61,098 bases of DNA. Source: Octopus bimaculoides (Eukaryota). The position numbers and the translations under genes are program-made. This document shows, in pieces, positions 1 through 12,314 of this stretch (position 1 is the first letter of the stretch; each line of letters opens with the position of its first letter). Below the pieces are notes generated by a model that ran no database searches, was not told the origin of the DNA, and saw only the letters and a list, made by a program, of their open reading frames with translations. The DNA lies in assembly GCF_001194135.2 (NCBI RefSeq), contig NC_068989.1, positions 1,891,323 to 1,952,420 of the forward strand. Reading direction: 5' to 3'.

Positions 1-290
1 TTTATCTGTTGGGTTGGCAACTAAGTTCCCGCCGTTTTTTTTAATTTTGGAATTTATTGCGTTTTTAAATTTTGGAATCTATTTTTTTTTTCGAGAATTC
101 TATTTTTGAATCATTTTGGAATCTGTTTTGTTTTGTTTGTTTTTTTTCTTCTAGTCATTAGGCCCAAGGTACCGAGCAATGGGATTGAACTGAAAACCAT
201 GTGTTTGTGAAACGAGCTTCTTAACCACAGCCTGCTCTCATTGTTTTTAGCCCTAGGTCAACTCGTGTGATTAAGGCTTTCCCGGCGTAA

Positions 291-1629
291 TCATGGGTTT
301 GGTGGGTGTGGTAGTGCCGGGAGTGTTGCTATTGTTGCTGTGGTTGATTTTGATGATGATGGTGATGATGGTCGTGTTGATGTATTGTTGTATATTAGTG
401 ATGATGATGATGATGAAGACGATGGTGATGCATATGTGATGTTTGTGGTGGTTATTGATAGTAGAAATGATGGTATGGGCTGTTGCGCTGGTGGTGGTTG
501 TAGTCGTAGTAAGTGGTAGGAGCTGGTGGTTGTGATGGTGGTGATGATCGTGTTGGATGTCGTAGGGGGTTTCGTGCTGTTGCTGCTGTTGTTGTTATTG
601 CTGTTGTTGTTGTTGTTGTTGTTNNNNNNNNNNNNNNNNNNNNNNNNNNNNNNNNNNNNNNNNNNNNNNNNNNNNNNNNNNNNNNNNNNNNNNNNNNNNN
701 NNNNNNNNNNNNNNNNNNNNNNNNNNNNNNNNNNNNNNNNNNNNNNNNNNNNNNNNNNNNNNNNNNNNNNNNNNNNNNNNNNNNNNNNNNNNNNNNNNNN
801 NNNNNNNNNNNNNNNNNNNNNNNNNNNNNNNNNNNNNNNNNNNNNNNNNNNNNNNNNNNNNNNNNNNNNNNNNNNNNNNNNNNNNNNNNNNNNNNNNNNN
901 NNNNNNNNNNNNNNNNNNNNNNNNNNNNNNNNNNNNNNNNNNNNNNNNNNNNNNNNNNNNNNNNNNNNNNNNNNNNNNNNNNNNNNNNNNNNNNNNNNNN
1001 NNNNNNNNNNNNNNNNNNNNNNNNNNNNNNNNNNNNNNNNNNNNNNNNNNNNNNNNNNNNNNNNNNNNNNNNNNNNNNNNNNNNNNNNNNNNNNNNNNNN
1101 NNNNNNNNNNNNNNNNNNNNNNNNNNNNNNNNNNNNNNNNNNNNNNNNNNNNNNNNNNNNNNNNNNNNNNNNNNNNNNNNNNNNNNNNNNNNNNNNNNNN
1201 NNNNNNNNNNNNNNNNNNNNNNNNNNNNNNNNNNNNNNNNNNNNNNNNNNNNNNNNNNNNNNNNNNNNNNNNNNNNNNNNNNNNNNNNNNNNNNNNNNNN
1301 NNNNNNNNNNNNNNNNNNNNNNNNNNNNNNNNNNNNNNNNNNNNNNNNNNNNNNNNNNNNNNNNNNNNNNNNNNNNNNNNNNNNNNNNNNNNNNNNNNNN
1401 NNNNNNNNNNNNNNNNNNNNNNNNNNNNNNNNNNNNNNNNNNNNNNNNNNNNNNNNNNNNNNNNNNNNNNNNNNNNNNNNNNNNNNNNNNNNNNNNNNNN
1501 NNNNNNNNNNNNNNNNNNNNNNNGAGGAGGAGGAGGAGGAGGAGGAGGAGGAGGAGGGGGATGGAGTTGAGGCTGACGATGGTTTTGATGGTGTAGCGAC
1601 CAGCGGCAACCATATTGTTTTATCAAGGT
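291..1629 (-). CDS. Possible low-complexity S/T/P/N-rich terminal exon spanning a 900-nt assembly gap
   Basis: Pyrimidine tract and catacag| at 1631-1630, then LDKTIWLPLVATPSKPSSASTPSPSSS; after the gap NNNSSNSTKPPTT...LPALPHPPNP*. No recognisable domain; frame continuity across the Ns cannot be tested. Confidence 0.25.
624..1523. other. Assembly gap. Other N-runs at 3634-4266, 4706-5041, 7125-7267, 8765-8803, about 12016-12025, 15102-15117, 21532-21541, 31197-31532, 57730-57740
   Basis: Runs of N, mostly flanked by microsatellites. Confidence 0.99.
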
Positions 1630-1701
1630 CTGTATGTGAGAGAGCGCAGAAGAGAGTGTGTATGTATATGAGAGAGAGAGAGAGAGAGAGTGTGTGTGTG
1701 T

Positions 1702-1786
<85 letters not shown>

Positions 1787-2047
1787 TGTGTGGGAGAGAG
1801 AGTGTGTCCGTGTGTGGAAGAGAAAGTGTTTGTCTATGTGTGTGTATAGATACAGAGATGTAATGATCCTTTTCTTTCTCTCCTTTTCTATCCCTTTCGA
1901 TTGCTTTTCTGGATTTTTGTGAGTGTGCCTTTGTGAATGTGTTAGTTTGTGTGTGTATGTGCGTGTGTGTGTGTGTGTGTAATCGCTCAGCTGTCCGTAA
2001 GTTTAACACTCTAAAAATGTATTGAGTAGTAATAATTTAAGAAGTCA

Positions 2048-2608
2048 TTGGTTATGGCCGGTTAAAAAGCAACCATTGGTTTCACGTCTATTGTTGTTCT
2101 TGCCAAAATAGACGACTCATCAGACCTGCTGGCCGGAGGCACATAACCTCTTTACTGATGGAGATAATATTATAGTGTTGGTCAGCAAGTTTTTGTCCCC
2201 GAGAGAGCAAGGATCGTAAAAATTCGCTTGATCCGCGAGTGTCTTCTTTAATTCCAAAAGTAAGATGTTTAGTCGGTGCCCTCATGAGAGAAAATTCATA
2301 TTGAAGACATGGACTTCTCCGCTTACTGACTAGTGAGCAGTAATCATACATAAACTGACCCTTTTCGGACACAACTAGAACCGTTCAAAGGGAAATAACT
2401 CCATCGCACGCAGAAGAGATTCTCGCTTCGAAGAATTTCGTTTCATGTTTTTTTATGTTTGTTTTGTTTTGTTTTTTTTCACAACCTTGCTGACTTCCAT
2501 CTGTAAAGAGGTTATGCGCTTCCAGCCATAACTTGATGAGTTGCTTATATTGCGAAGAGCAATAATAAACGTGAAACCAAGAGTAACTTTCTGGCCGGCC
2601 ATTACCAA
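2048..2608. mobile_element. Fold-back element with about 120-bp imperfect inverted arms, each carrying a hammerhead-like motif (Penelope-like/retrozyme-type)
   Basis: 2048-2165 is the reverse complement of about 2494-2608 at roughly 75% identity by eye. Arm 1 (minus) has CUGAUGA at 2123-2117, GAAA at 2083-2080 and GUU at 2073-2071. Arm 2 (plus) has UUGAUGA at 2533-2539, GAAA at 2573-2576 and GUA at 2583-2585. Confidence 0.7.
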
Positions 2609-3586
2609 CAACTACATGTATGTGTGTGTCTGTGTGCGTGTGCGTTTGTTTATGTGTGTATACGTAAATATGTACACACACACACACAAATACATACACT
2701 TTGTCCCTAAAGAACCATTTATTTGGATGAATAATAAGAATATACATGGCACACACACATACACACATACATACATACATACATACATACATACATACAT
2801 ACATACATACGTAGGTACGTACGCAAGTACGTGCGTACGTACGTCTCGATGGTTACGCTTTTGCACTTTAAGAGCAGGAGATGATTATGACTCACCAAAT
2901 GAACAAACGAGACTCTCACGCCCTTAATCTCCCAAGATGGATCTGCAGGCGTCGATTATGCCTCTCTTCTGTGTGGCGCATAACACACGTAATCAGAAGC
3001 TGTTCAAAAATGTCATCCAGTTACGACCTCCCACTGCGACAACATTCTATGTTATTGCTAAAACAATACACAATGCGCATCCACAGAAAATACTGCCTTA
3101 GGATAAATATAAACAATATCTATGCTGTTGAATACAAGCATCTAAAGAACAATAAATTGTCATCAAAATTTCTACCAAGAACAGCCAAAAGAGGGCTGAT
3201 ATAATTATTTAGGACTGAAGAGAAAAACATTAACAGCCACAAAGATTATTTACCCGATGTTACTGAACATCTCTTATGAAATCAACGAACGACTTCCATG
3301 AAACCAGCAGCGTCTCTCTCCTTACTATAAACTCACATTCATGCACATGATTATCGGTGTGCTTGGTTATGTTTGTTGATGTCTAAATGACAATCTCGAT
3401 AAGTTAGGATTTACAAGCAATCAATCCGGCTGTCATCCACTTTACAGGTACAACCTGTAAATGGAACAGTAAAAATATGCAAGACTTTTCTGAATTTCAG
3501 CATGGAATGATTACCATTGCTGTTATCTAAATTTCAGCGATGAAGTTTTTGTTTCTTTCTAATAAGAATTCTAAGAAATAAATAGC

Positions 3587-3622
<36 letters not shown>

Positions 3623-4266
3623 TTATATATATANNNNNNNNNNNNNNNNNNNNNNNNNNNNNNNNNNNNNNNNNNNNNNNNNNNNNNNNNNNNNNNNNNN
3701 NNNNNNNNNNNNNNNNNNNNNNNNNNNNNNNNNNNNNNNNNNNNNNNNNNNNNNNNNNNNNNNNNNNNNNNNNNNNNNNNNNNNNNNNNNNNNNNNNNNN
3801 NNNNNNNNNNNNNNNNNNNNNNNNNNNNNNNNNNNNNNNNNNNNNNNNNNNNNNNNNNNNNNNNNNNNNNNNNNNNNNNNNNNNNNNNNNNNNNNNNNNN
3901 NNNNNNNNNNNNNNNNNNNNNNNNNNNNNNNNNNNNNNNNNNNNNNNNNNNNNNNNNNNNNNNNNNNNNNNNNNNNNNNNNNNNNNNNNNNNNNNNNNNN
4001 NNNNNNNNNNNNNNNNNNNNNNNNNNNNNNNNNNNNNNNNNNNNNNNNNNNNNNNNNNNNNNNNNNNNNNNNNNNNNNNNNNNNNNNNNNNNNNNNNNNN
4101 NNNNNNNNNNNNNNNNNNNNNNNNNNNNNNNNNNNNNNNNNNNNNNNNNNNNNNNNNNNNNNNNNNNNNNNNNNNNNNNNNNNNNNNNNNNNNNNNNNNN
4201 NNNNNNNNNNNNNNNNNNNNNNNNNNNNNNNNNNNNNNNNNNNNNNNNNNNNNNNNNNNNNNNNNN

Positions 4267-4311
<45 letters not shown>

Positions 4312-5041
4312 ACGAAGATAGCATTGCAATGGTCGTTCATTACATCGTTTGATTAAATTGAACCATGAACGCATCCAAAATACATATCTGTAATAGCTAC
4401 AAGTCTATCATGCACGATTAATACGTAAAGCCCATTATTTATGCCTATTACACACACACAAACACGTGCGCGCGCATCTTTGGCCATGTTTGGGCACCGC
4501 CTCGAAGGGTTTAGTCGAATAAATCAACCCCACTACTCGTTTTTAAATCTGGTACTTATTCTATCGTTCCCTTTGCCGAACTGCTAAGTCATGCGGACAT
4601 GAATAAACCAACAACTGTTGTTAAATTGTGTGGAGGGCGGACAAGCACAAACACAAAGACACACACATACATATAAACATATAAACATATATATATATAT
4701 ATATANNNNNNNNNNNNNNNNNNNNNNNNNNNNNNNNNNNNNNNNNNNNNNNNNNNNNNNNNNNNNNNNNNNNNNNNNNNNNNNNNNNNNNNNNNNNNNN
4801 NNNNNNNNNNNNNNNNNNNNNNNNNNNNNNNNNNNNNNNNNNNNNNNNNNNNNNNNNNNNNNNNNNNNNNNNNNNNNNNNNNNNNNNNNNNNNNNNNNNN
4901 NNNNNNNNNNNNNNNNNNNNNNNNNNNNNNNNNNNNNNNNNNNNNNNNNNNNNNNNNNNNNNNNNNNNNNNNNNNNNNNNNNNNNNNNNNNNNNNNNNNN
5001 NNNNNNNNNNNNNNNNNNNNNNNNNNNNNNNNNNNNNNNNN

Positions 5042-5090
<49 letters not shown>

Positions 5091-5406
5091 CGGACGGACA
5101 GACAGACAGACTGATAGACAGGCAGGCAGACAGAGAGGCTGAGACAGAGAGGAAGAGAGTTTACAAACGAATGCAATTATTCTGGTATCGTAGTCTTTAT
5201 AGCGGCTCAGAAACGACACCCCAGAGACAATCCAAAACCTGGTAAACCATCCGCTACTGCCTGGGGTCAGCAACTATTTGAAAGTCAGTGAACTACGGAT
5301 GGCGTTTCTAGCCGAAAGGAGTCATTTCAAGTTACGCCTTGCAGACTGGACACGGTAAAGTTCAAGTTGCTGAACCTTACCTACCTACATAATAAGTCAG
5401 TGTTCA

Positions 5407-5484
<78 letters not shown>

Positions 5485-5717
5485 TGTTATTATTATTATT
5501 ATTGAAGCGGTGAGCTGGTAGAATCGTTAACACGGTGGACGAAATGCTGAGCGGTATTTCGTCTTTCATTATGTTCTGAGTTCAAATTTCGCCGGAGTCG
5601 ACTTTACCTTTCATCCTTTCGGGGTCGAGAAAATAAGTACAAGTTGAACACTGGGATTGATGTAATCGACTTACTCCACACACCCACGAAATTGCTAGCC
5701 TTGTGCCAAAATTTGAA

Positions 5718-5764
<47 letters not shown>

Positions 5765-5766
<2 letters not shown>

Positions 5767-6290
5767 GATTGGCACTCGACCAATTCTTCAACGCGAAACC
5801 CGAAGGTTGGATTGTCAGAGCTCAGGCACGAGCACTTAGACACGAAGGGATGAAAGTGGCAGAGGCACGGCGTGGCAATAAATCCACGATCCGATCCTTG
5901 CCGGACTACGAAGGGCAAATGATAACTGATCCGAGACAGATGTGTGCGGCCTTACAGCGGATCTCTCACCCAGAAACGGGCCGAAAGAAAGCTACCTCTA
6001 AAAGGTCGGACAGATGTTGCTAACGCGTATATCGCGTCCGTCATCGTCTGCCGCTTGACCTGGCCACTATCTAATTACGCTGGAGCGTATATTCTTCTGC
6101 TTCTTGTGGAAGGAATGCGTCCCGGTGGTCAAGCGGTCTATCTGCTGTCAGTACCCGCAGAGTAGTGGCCTGGGCATGCCGTGGTTTATGATGCGCAGAC
6201 ATCATCGATAAACAAACACAAGGTTGTATGTAGAGGACGCTTGGGTGGTGCACGTTAGCCAAAAATGACGGGTGGCATCATCAATGGGGG
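5765..6290 (+). mobile_element. Tx1/L1-clade LINE remnant (internally deleted)
   Basis: GWIVRAQARALRHEG...IRSLPDYEGQMITDP, then RKLPLKGRTDVANAYIASVI..RLT and QYPQSSGLGMP, which are post-RT L1/Tx1 motifs. Confidence 0.7.
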
Positions 6291-6479
6291 GCCTGGGTGT
6301 TGTTGGAGGTAATGGCATGCAGGTCTGTGATGTAGGGAACATCAAAACCCTAATTAAAATAATTCCGTAAAGAAATATGTTAAAATGGCTTTTACATGTC
6401 TTTCTATCGTATCTCGTGTGTTTATCTGAATCAGTATCTCATCCGACGGCCTATATATCTGCCGTCTCTGATAGTTATC

Positions 6480-6977
6480 TGTATGTGTGTGTGCGTGTGT
6501 GTGTGTATGTATGTATGTATGTATATGTGTATTATGTATGTATGTGTGTGTGTGTGTATGTATATGTATGTATGTATGTATATATATGTCTGTATATATG
6601 TATTATGTATGTGTGTGTGTGTGTGCGCGCGTGTATGTATATGTATGTATGTACGTATTATGTATGTATGTGTGTGTGTGTGTATGTATATGTATGTATG
6701 TATGTATGTATATATATGTCTGTATATATGTATTATGTGTGTGTATTTTAGTTTTATCTTTTCCTTCTTTCAGACTACAGACTGTGGCCATGCAGGGGCA
6801 CCACCTTGAAGAATTTTTAGTCGAATGAATCGACCCTCCCCTTCTTTTTTATGCCTGGTAATTACTCTATCGTTCCCTTTTGCCGAACAGCTATGTTACG
6901 GAGACGTAAACAAACTAACACCGTCTGTCAAGCGGTGATGGGGTACAAACACACACACTAAGACGCATTCACATAAC

Positions 6978-7023
<46 letters not shown>

Positions 7024-7337
7024 ATATACGACGTGCATCTTTCAGTTTCTGTCTCACAAATCCACTGACGAGGCTTTAGTCGGCCTGTGCCTGTAGTAGA
7101 GGGCGCTGTCGTGTGGGCAAGAGCNNNNNNNNNNNNNNNNNNNNNNNNNNNNNNNNNNNNNNNNNNNNNNNNNNNNNNNNNNNNNNNNNNNNNNNNNNNN
7201 NNNNNNNNNNNNNNNNNNNNNNNNNNNNNNNNNNNNNNNNNNNNNNNNNNNNNNNNNNNNNNNNNNNGTGTGTGTACAAGTCTTTCCGTCGGAAACCAAC
7301 ACCAGTCTCTTTGGAGTCCATTTCATCGTGTGCGTAT

Positions 7338-7396
<59 letters not shown>

Positions 7397-8382
7397 CATA
7401 TATATACATATATGCATACATATATACATACATACGTATACGTGTACATATCTATATATGCAGTGAAACGTGAAGCTGGAAAATGGCAGTTGCAAAGCGA
7501 AGTCCTAAACATTTCGAGCCGACTGCGCCTCTCCATTTACATCCAAGCTTAAAAAGCAAGGATGGCCACAGATAGATAGATAGATACATACATACATACA
7601 TACATACGTAAATGCATATGTGTGACTTGTGCGTGTGCGTGTGTGTTTCTTGTATAAGAGAGCGTGGTGAGTGAAAGCCAATCTGCAGAATTGCCCTTGT
7701 AAAGTTTATCTCGTAAAAGTGACAACGTCTCAGCATGTTTCCCATTGGCGAAGCTGACATTCCTCTGAGACACAACGTCCCGCCAAATGGATCTGATTCC
7801 GTACAAAGTAACACACAACACTAAACATAAACATAAGGATGGGTTTATGAGGGAGGATGGTGGCGAGGGGGTGATGTATCTCTGTGCGCGTGTGCGCACG
7901 CTTATATATGCATACATACATACGCACACATACATACATATACGCATACATACGTACATACATACATACACACACACACACACATACATAAGTACAGTTC
8001 GTAGATGTATGCATGATAGTATAACTATGTTCACATATGTACGTATAGACATGGAATTGCCTTAGCGTACACGTATTCACACACACACGCACATACATCT
8101 CTCAATCCACTTCGGCCCTACATTCATCCTGGGGTCGGAGAAGATTATTTTGCTTTCGGTGTGTGTATGTGTGTGTGTGTTGCGTGTATTTATGTGTGCG
8201 TCCTGATCGCGCAGAGCTACGATCAAAGTCATTCCACCCATGACCACCATGTCATATACACCGGATAACATTACCAGTGTGTCCCCTTTAGAGACAGCAG
8301 CATGTATTTGCCTTTTTTGAAGGACTTGCTGTTATTTCTAGGAAGTCGAGGGCGGTTCACTTCATCCGTATTTGCAGTGACA

Positions 8383-8425
<43 letters not shown>

Positions 8426-8630
8426 TGTATGTGTATGGGTGTGCGCATGTGTGTGTATACATGTGTGTACATATGTCCATGGGTGTGCTTTGATGTGAAT
8501 GTGTGTGTGTGCCCGTGTGTATGTGTACGTGCATGTATGCATGCTTGTATATATGTGTGTGTGTGTGTGTGCGTGCGTGCGTGTCTGTGGATGTGCGTTT
8601 GTGTGTGTGTGTGTGTGTATGTGAGAGGAT
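6480..8630. repeat. Compound (CA)n/(TA)n/(TATG)n microsatellite field
   Basis: Directly visible; accounts for the VC/HT/YI-repeat ORFs in the ORF track. Includes a roughly 125-bp-period duplication at about 6528-6737. Confidence 0.95.
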
Positions 8631-9909
8631 GCGTTATGGGTGTAACCGCTACCCAGCTTTTCCCCGTGCCTTCCAGCAGCACCCTCGAGATGATAACTAT
8701 AAAAATATGGCCATGTCGTTAAAGTAATCCTGTGTTGTGTTTCAAGACCTTCTTCTTTCCGATCNNNNNNNNNNNNNNNNNNNNNNNNNNNNNNNNNNNN
8801 NNNTGCGATGGGGACGGGGTGGGGGGGATCGCTGGAAAACCCATTAGGACTCTGAGGACCTTACTCTCTGCGACGTTACCATCCTGCCAGTGTTTAGAAG
8901 AACAACATCATTGCTGTCATCATCGTCGTCGTCGTCAATGTCATCGCCATCATCATCATCACCGGCATCCATCGTCATCATCATCATCATCATCACCGTC
9001 AGCAGCCGCAGCAGCGATCATCATCTCCCATGCCATTATAACCCTAACCCTAACTCCACCGCATTCTCCTGCTCCTTCTTTTCATTCTCCTTCGGCTAAT
9101 CATCATCATCATCATCATCATCACCACCGTCATCATTATTTCCCCTTTTTTATCGTTGTCATCATCATCATCATCGTTATAAATAACATGGACGATGGCA
9201 GTAGTAATAGTTAAATTAGTGTTAACATAATTAATGCAATAACCATTTTAAAAAGCTAATTAGAAATATTTATATGTCAAGGATAAAACAATGGATAAAA
9301 CGGTTTTTATGGAAGATCATTCTTGGCATGTTCCTGTCTTATTGGACCTCTTCAGTTAAACACGGACCTCAGTATTTTCGCCAAGTAGTGATGAGAGAGA
9401 ATCAATCAACATCCATGACCCTTTATTTTCTTCTTTCGGACCGTCGAAGTTATCTTCAGACAAAACACCAAGCCTAAATGACAGGAAACCCAGCAAAGGG
9501 AACTCAAGGACCAGGTGCTGGTCGTTGGGTACTTTTAAACAAGGCGATGGATTAACTCTTTCAATTCCGCTCTCCACCCCCGCCCCCTCCTGTACAAGAA
9601 TTCAAATAGTCGGAACAAATACCGCAAAGACGATTCTGCTAATCTCATTCTCTTGACGGGTACTTTGTCCTATCAACCCGAAAGCGACGGGTATGGTTGA
9701 TCTCGAGAAGGATTTGAACTCGGAGTGTAGAGAGACGGAACTGATATTGTGAGTCAACTCGTCCGATACTCCACTAATTCCATAAATTCACTGCCTTGAA
9801 CTAATACATTCTTTCATCGGTCCCAGGAGGATGAATGGCAAAGATGACCCCAGCGGGATTTGTACACGGAGCACAGAGAGGTGAAAAATAGCGCAAAGCA
9901 TTATCGATC

Positions 9910-10773
9910 CGAAAACTCAATTTTCATAAAAGGAAAATAAAACACAATGTCGCAGCCAAAAAAAAAACTATTTTAAAAATTCAGGAAAATGGCTGAGAGA
10001 TAAGTTTCCTCAAAGTTACCGCTTTCAGCTTCCAAGATGGTTCCGGAACCTGGCGTATGTGTTCTTCACTGTGTTCTTGGAAAAACCTTCAAGCACCTGC
10101 TTGACCTTGGCCACGAGGTCAACCTTGATGTGGCAGGCAGAGCGGCTGGTGATCCGTAGGATTAGAACCAGGTGAATTAGAAAGCCAGAAATTGAGGCTG
10201 GTGAAGTCGAAGGAATTTCGGCAACAGTCACTTCTGACTCTTTCCGGAGGTACGGCAAGAAACCGAATCCTGCAGTCATACATATGACTTTTCAGCAGCA
10301 ACCCGCTCCTGCTAGGGATTCACCACCATTTCCCGTAGATTCTGAATTGAGCCAAAGGTCCTGTTCAAAGACGTGGGGATGGATTCTGGCGTGCGGATGC
10401 GGTCAGAACGCCTGTTTTCTTCCTTCTTGCTGTGTCCCTACTTTCAGCAGTCATGAGGTCGGCATTTTGACACCCGTCGCAAATCATCATGAGAAACTCT
10501 TTTCCAATATTCAGATGGCTTCCAGTCCTTCATTTCAGCTAACTTTTTCTCAACTACAACTTTAATCTTTATTCTCTCCAACGCCGTTCACTCTTCGCAA
10601 TACACCTTAAATGTTCCTTTAAAAAAAGGAGACACAGAAAAGGCATATTTCTCTAAGATACACACAAAAACTACGGCAACTAACGTTTTCGACTATTTTT
10701 CTGAGTGCAACACACGTTGAACGCAAACATTTGGTAAACCATTAAAAAGCTTGGTTTTTACCGATTCGTGTGT
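9910..10773 (-). mobile_element. Internally deleted Tc1/mariner-superfamily (maT/DD37D-like) transposon remnant
   Basis: Frameshifted NFWLSNSPGSNPTDH (resembles WPPxSPDLNPxD), KVDLVAKVK...ARFRNHL, ILEAESGNFE and N-terminal RRSDRIRTPE; possible TIR ending in TA at about 10753-10773. Confidence 0.7.
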
Positions 10774-11978
10774 AGAGGAACTATGCCTCTAAAATATGGG
10801 ATTATGTGAAAGAGAGAGAGAGTACATGCGTATGTAAATGTATGTGAGTGTGTGAGAGAGAGGGGCGAAAGAATATGAGTGTCATTGTAAGCGTCTGTGC
10901 GTGTGCGACTCAAATAAATTATTCAAGAGACATTTTCCATTATGTCTAATAACACAAAGATGGCAGAACCGGTGTGAATTATTTTCCTTCCTCACCACCT
11001 TAAATGTACATAATTCTCATTACTTTGTATTCTTTTTCAAGCATCATTGGGTTATGAAGGTCAGAAAATATGCATGCATTCAACAGTTGTTAATTGTCCG
11101 AATCAGATCGATATCTATACCACTGTTGCCATTGATTTGTGTTCGATGGGAGTGGGACACGGAGAGGTTGTGAACAGATTTCCAAGGGAAATAACCCTAA
11201 GTGGATACAGATAGTATTTTCCCTTTGTCAAGGGAGGTAACATAGGCCTTACAAAATTTCTGATCAAATCATTCGATTAATCCGTTCGACTTAATTCATC
11301 GTTTTTTGTGGTAATTTTCTACTAAATATTCAAAATGTCGATTTTTCAAGAGCTCTAAATATTCCGCAGCCTTTTACAGACATATTTTTCTATACTAAAT
11401 TTTGAATATTAATTCATTTCAGTCATAGTAGTAATATTGAACTGCGATTTAGTTTCTCGGCTATCAATGATTGTAACCGTGAAGCCTCGCAAGTCTACTG
11501 GCTGGGATATTGCACTCGTGATCATAAGAGTGGTTTCGATTCCCGAGCTGGGTGATGTGTTGTATTCGTGAGCAAAACATCTCGCATTGCTCCAGCCTCC
11601 TCAGCTGTAAATAAGTTGCTGAACGATATTCTTTTACTTGTTTCAGTCATTAGACTGCGGCCATGCTGGGGCACTGCCTTGAAGAATTTTAATCGAATAG
11701 ACCCCAGTACTTTTTTTTTAAAAGCCTGGTACTTATTCTATCGATCTCTTAAGCGGAACCGCTAAGTTACGGGGGATATGAACTAACCAACATTTGTTGA
11801 CATACACACATATACACATGACAGGCTTCTTTTAGCTTCCATCTACCAAATCCACTCACAAGGCTTTGATCGGCCCGTGGCTATAGTAGAAGAGACTTGC
11901 CCAAGTTGTCACGCAGTGGGATTGAACCCGGAACCATGTGGTTGGAAAACAAGTTTCTTATCACACAGCCACTCCTGC

Positions 11979-12015
<37 letters not shown>

Positions 12016-12025
12016 NNNNNNNNNN

Positions 12026-12063
<38 letters not shown>

Positions 12064-12241
12064 TAATTAACAGCAACAGAAGCAGTATTAACACCAAAAA
12101 GCAATCCTTGATCTCCAATTTAATTTGGATGCTGCTTTAGAACATAGAATACTGAGTTATTTACCTTGAAAGTGGATCTCATAAGGACACATGGTGCATA
12201 AAAACACTCGTAATTATATCCTTGACAGACGAGAACCGACA

Positions 12242-12314
12242 GCTACGGGTCAGAAATGTCAGATTACATGATTTCACCCTGCAATGAGTTCCTCAGTGAC
12301 AGATGTCCAGCAGC
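12242..12314 (-). ncRNA. Candidate type I hammerhead ribozyme downstream of the PSME3 stop codon
   Basis: Minus strand: UGUCA-CUGAGGA-ACUC(AUUGCA)GGGU-GAAA-U(CAUGUA)A-UC|UGACA. Stem I extends past an internal loop (GCUGCUGG/CCCGUAGC). Folded by hand. Confidence 0.65.

Noticed and set aside
2937-3101. 54-aa ORF MDLQASIMPLFCVAHNTRNQKLF...
   Set aside because: No splice signals or recognisable motif; length is within chance expectation.
3534-5273. Long ORFs in the track
   Set aside because: Open only because they run through N gaps.
6377-8727. Many 60-170 aa ORFs rich in VC, HT and YI repeats
   Set aside because: Translations of dinucleotide and tetranucleotide microsatellites.
9040-9056. (TTAGGG)2 telomere-like motifs (also near 18635 and 60862)
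   Set aside because: Only two units each; too short to call interstitial telomeric sequence.
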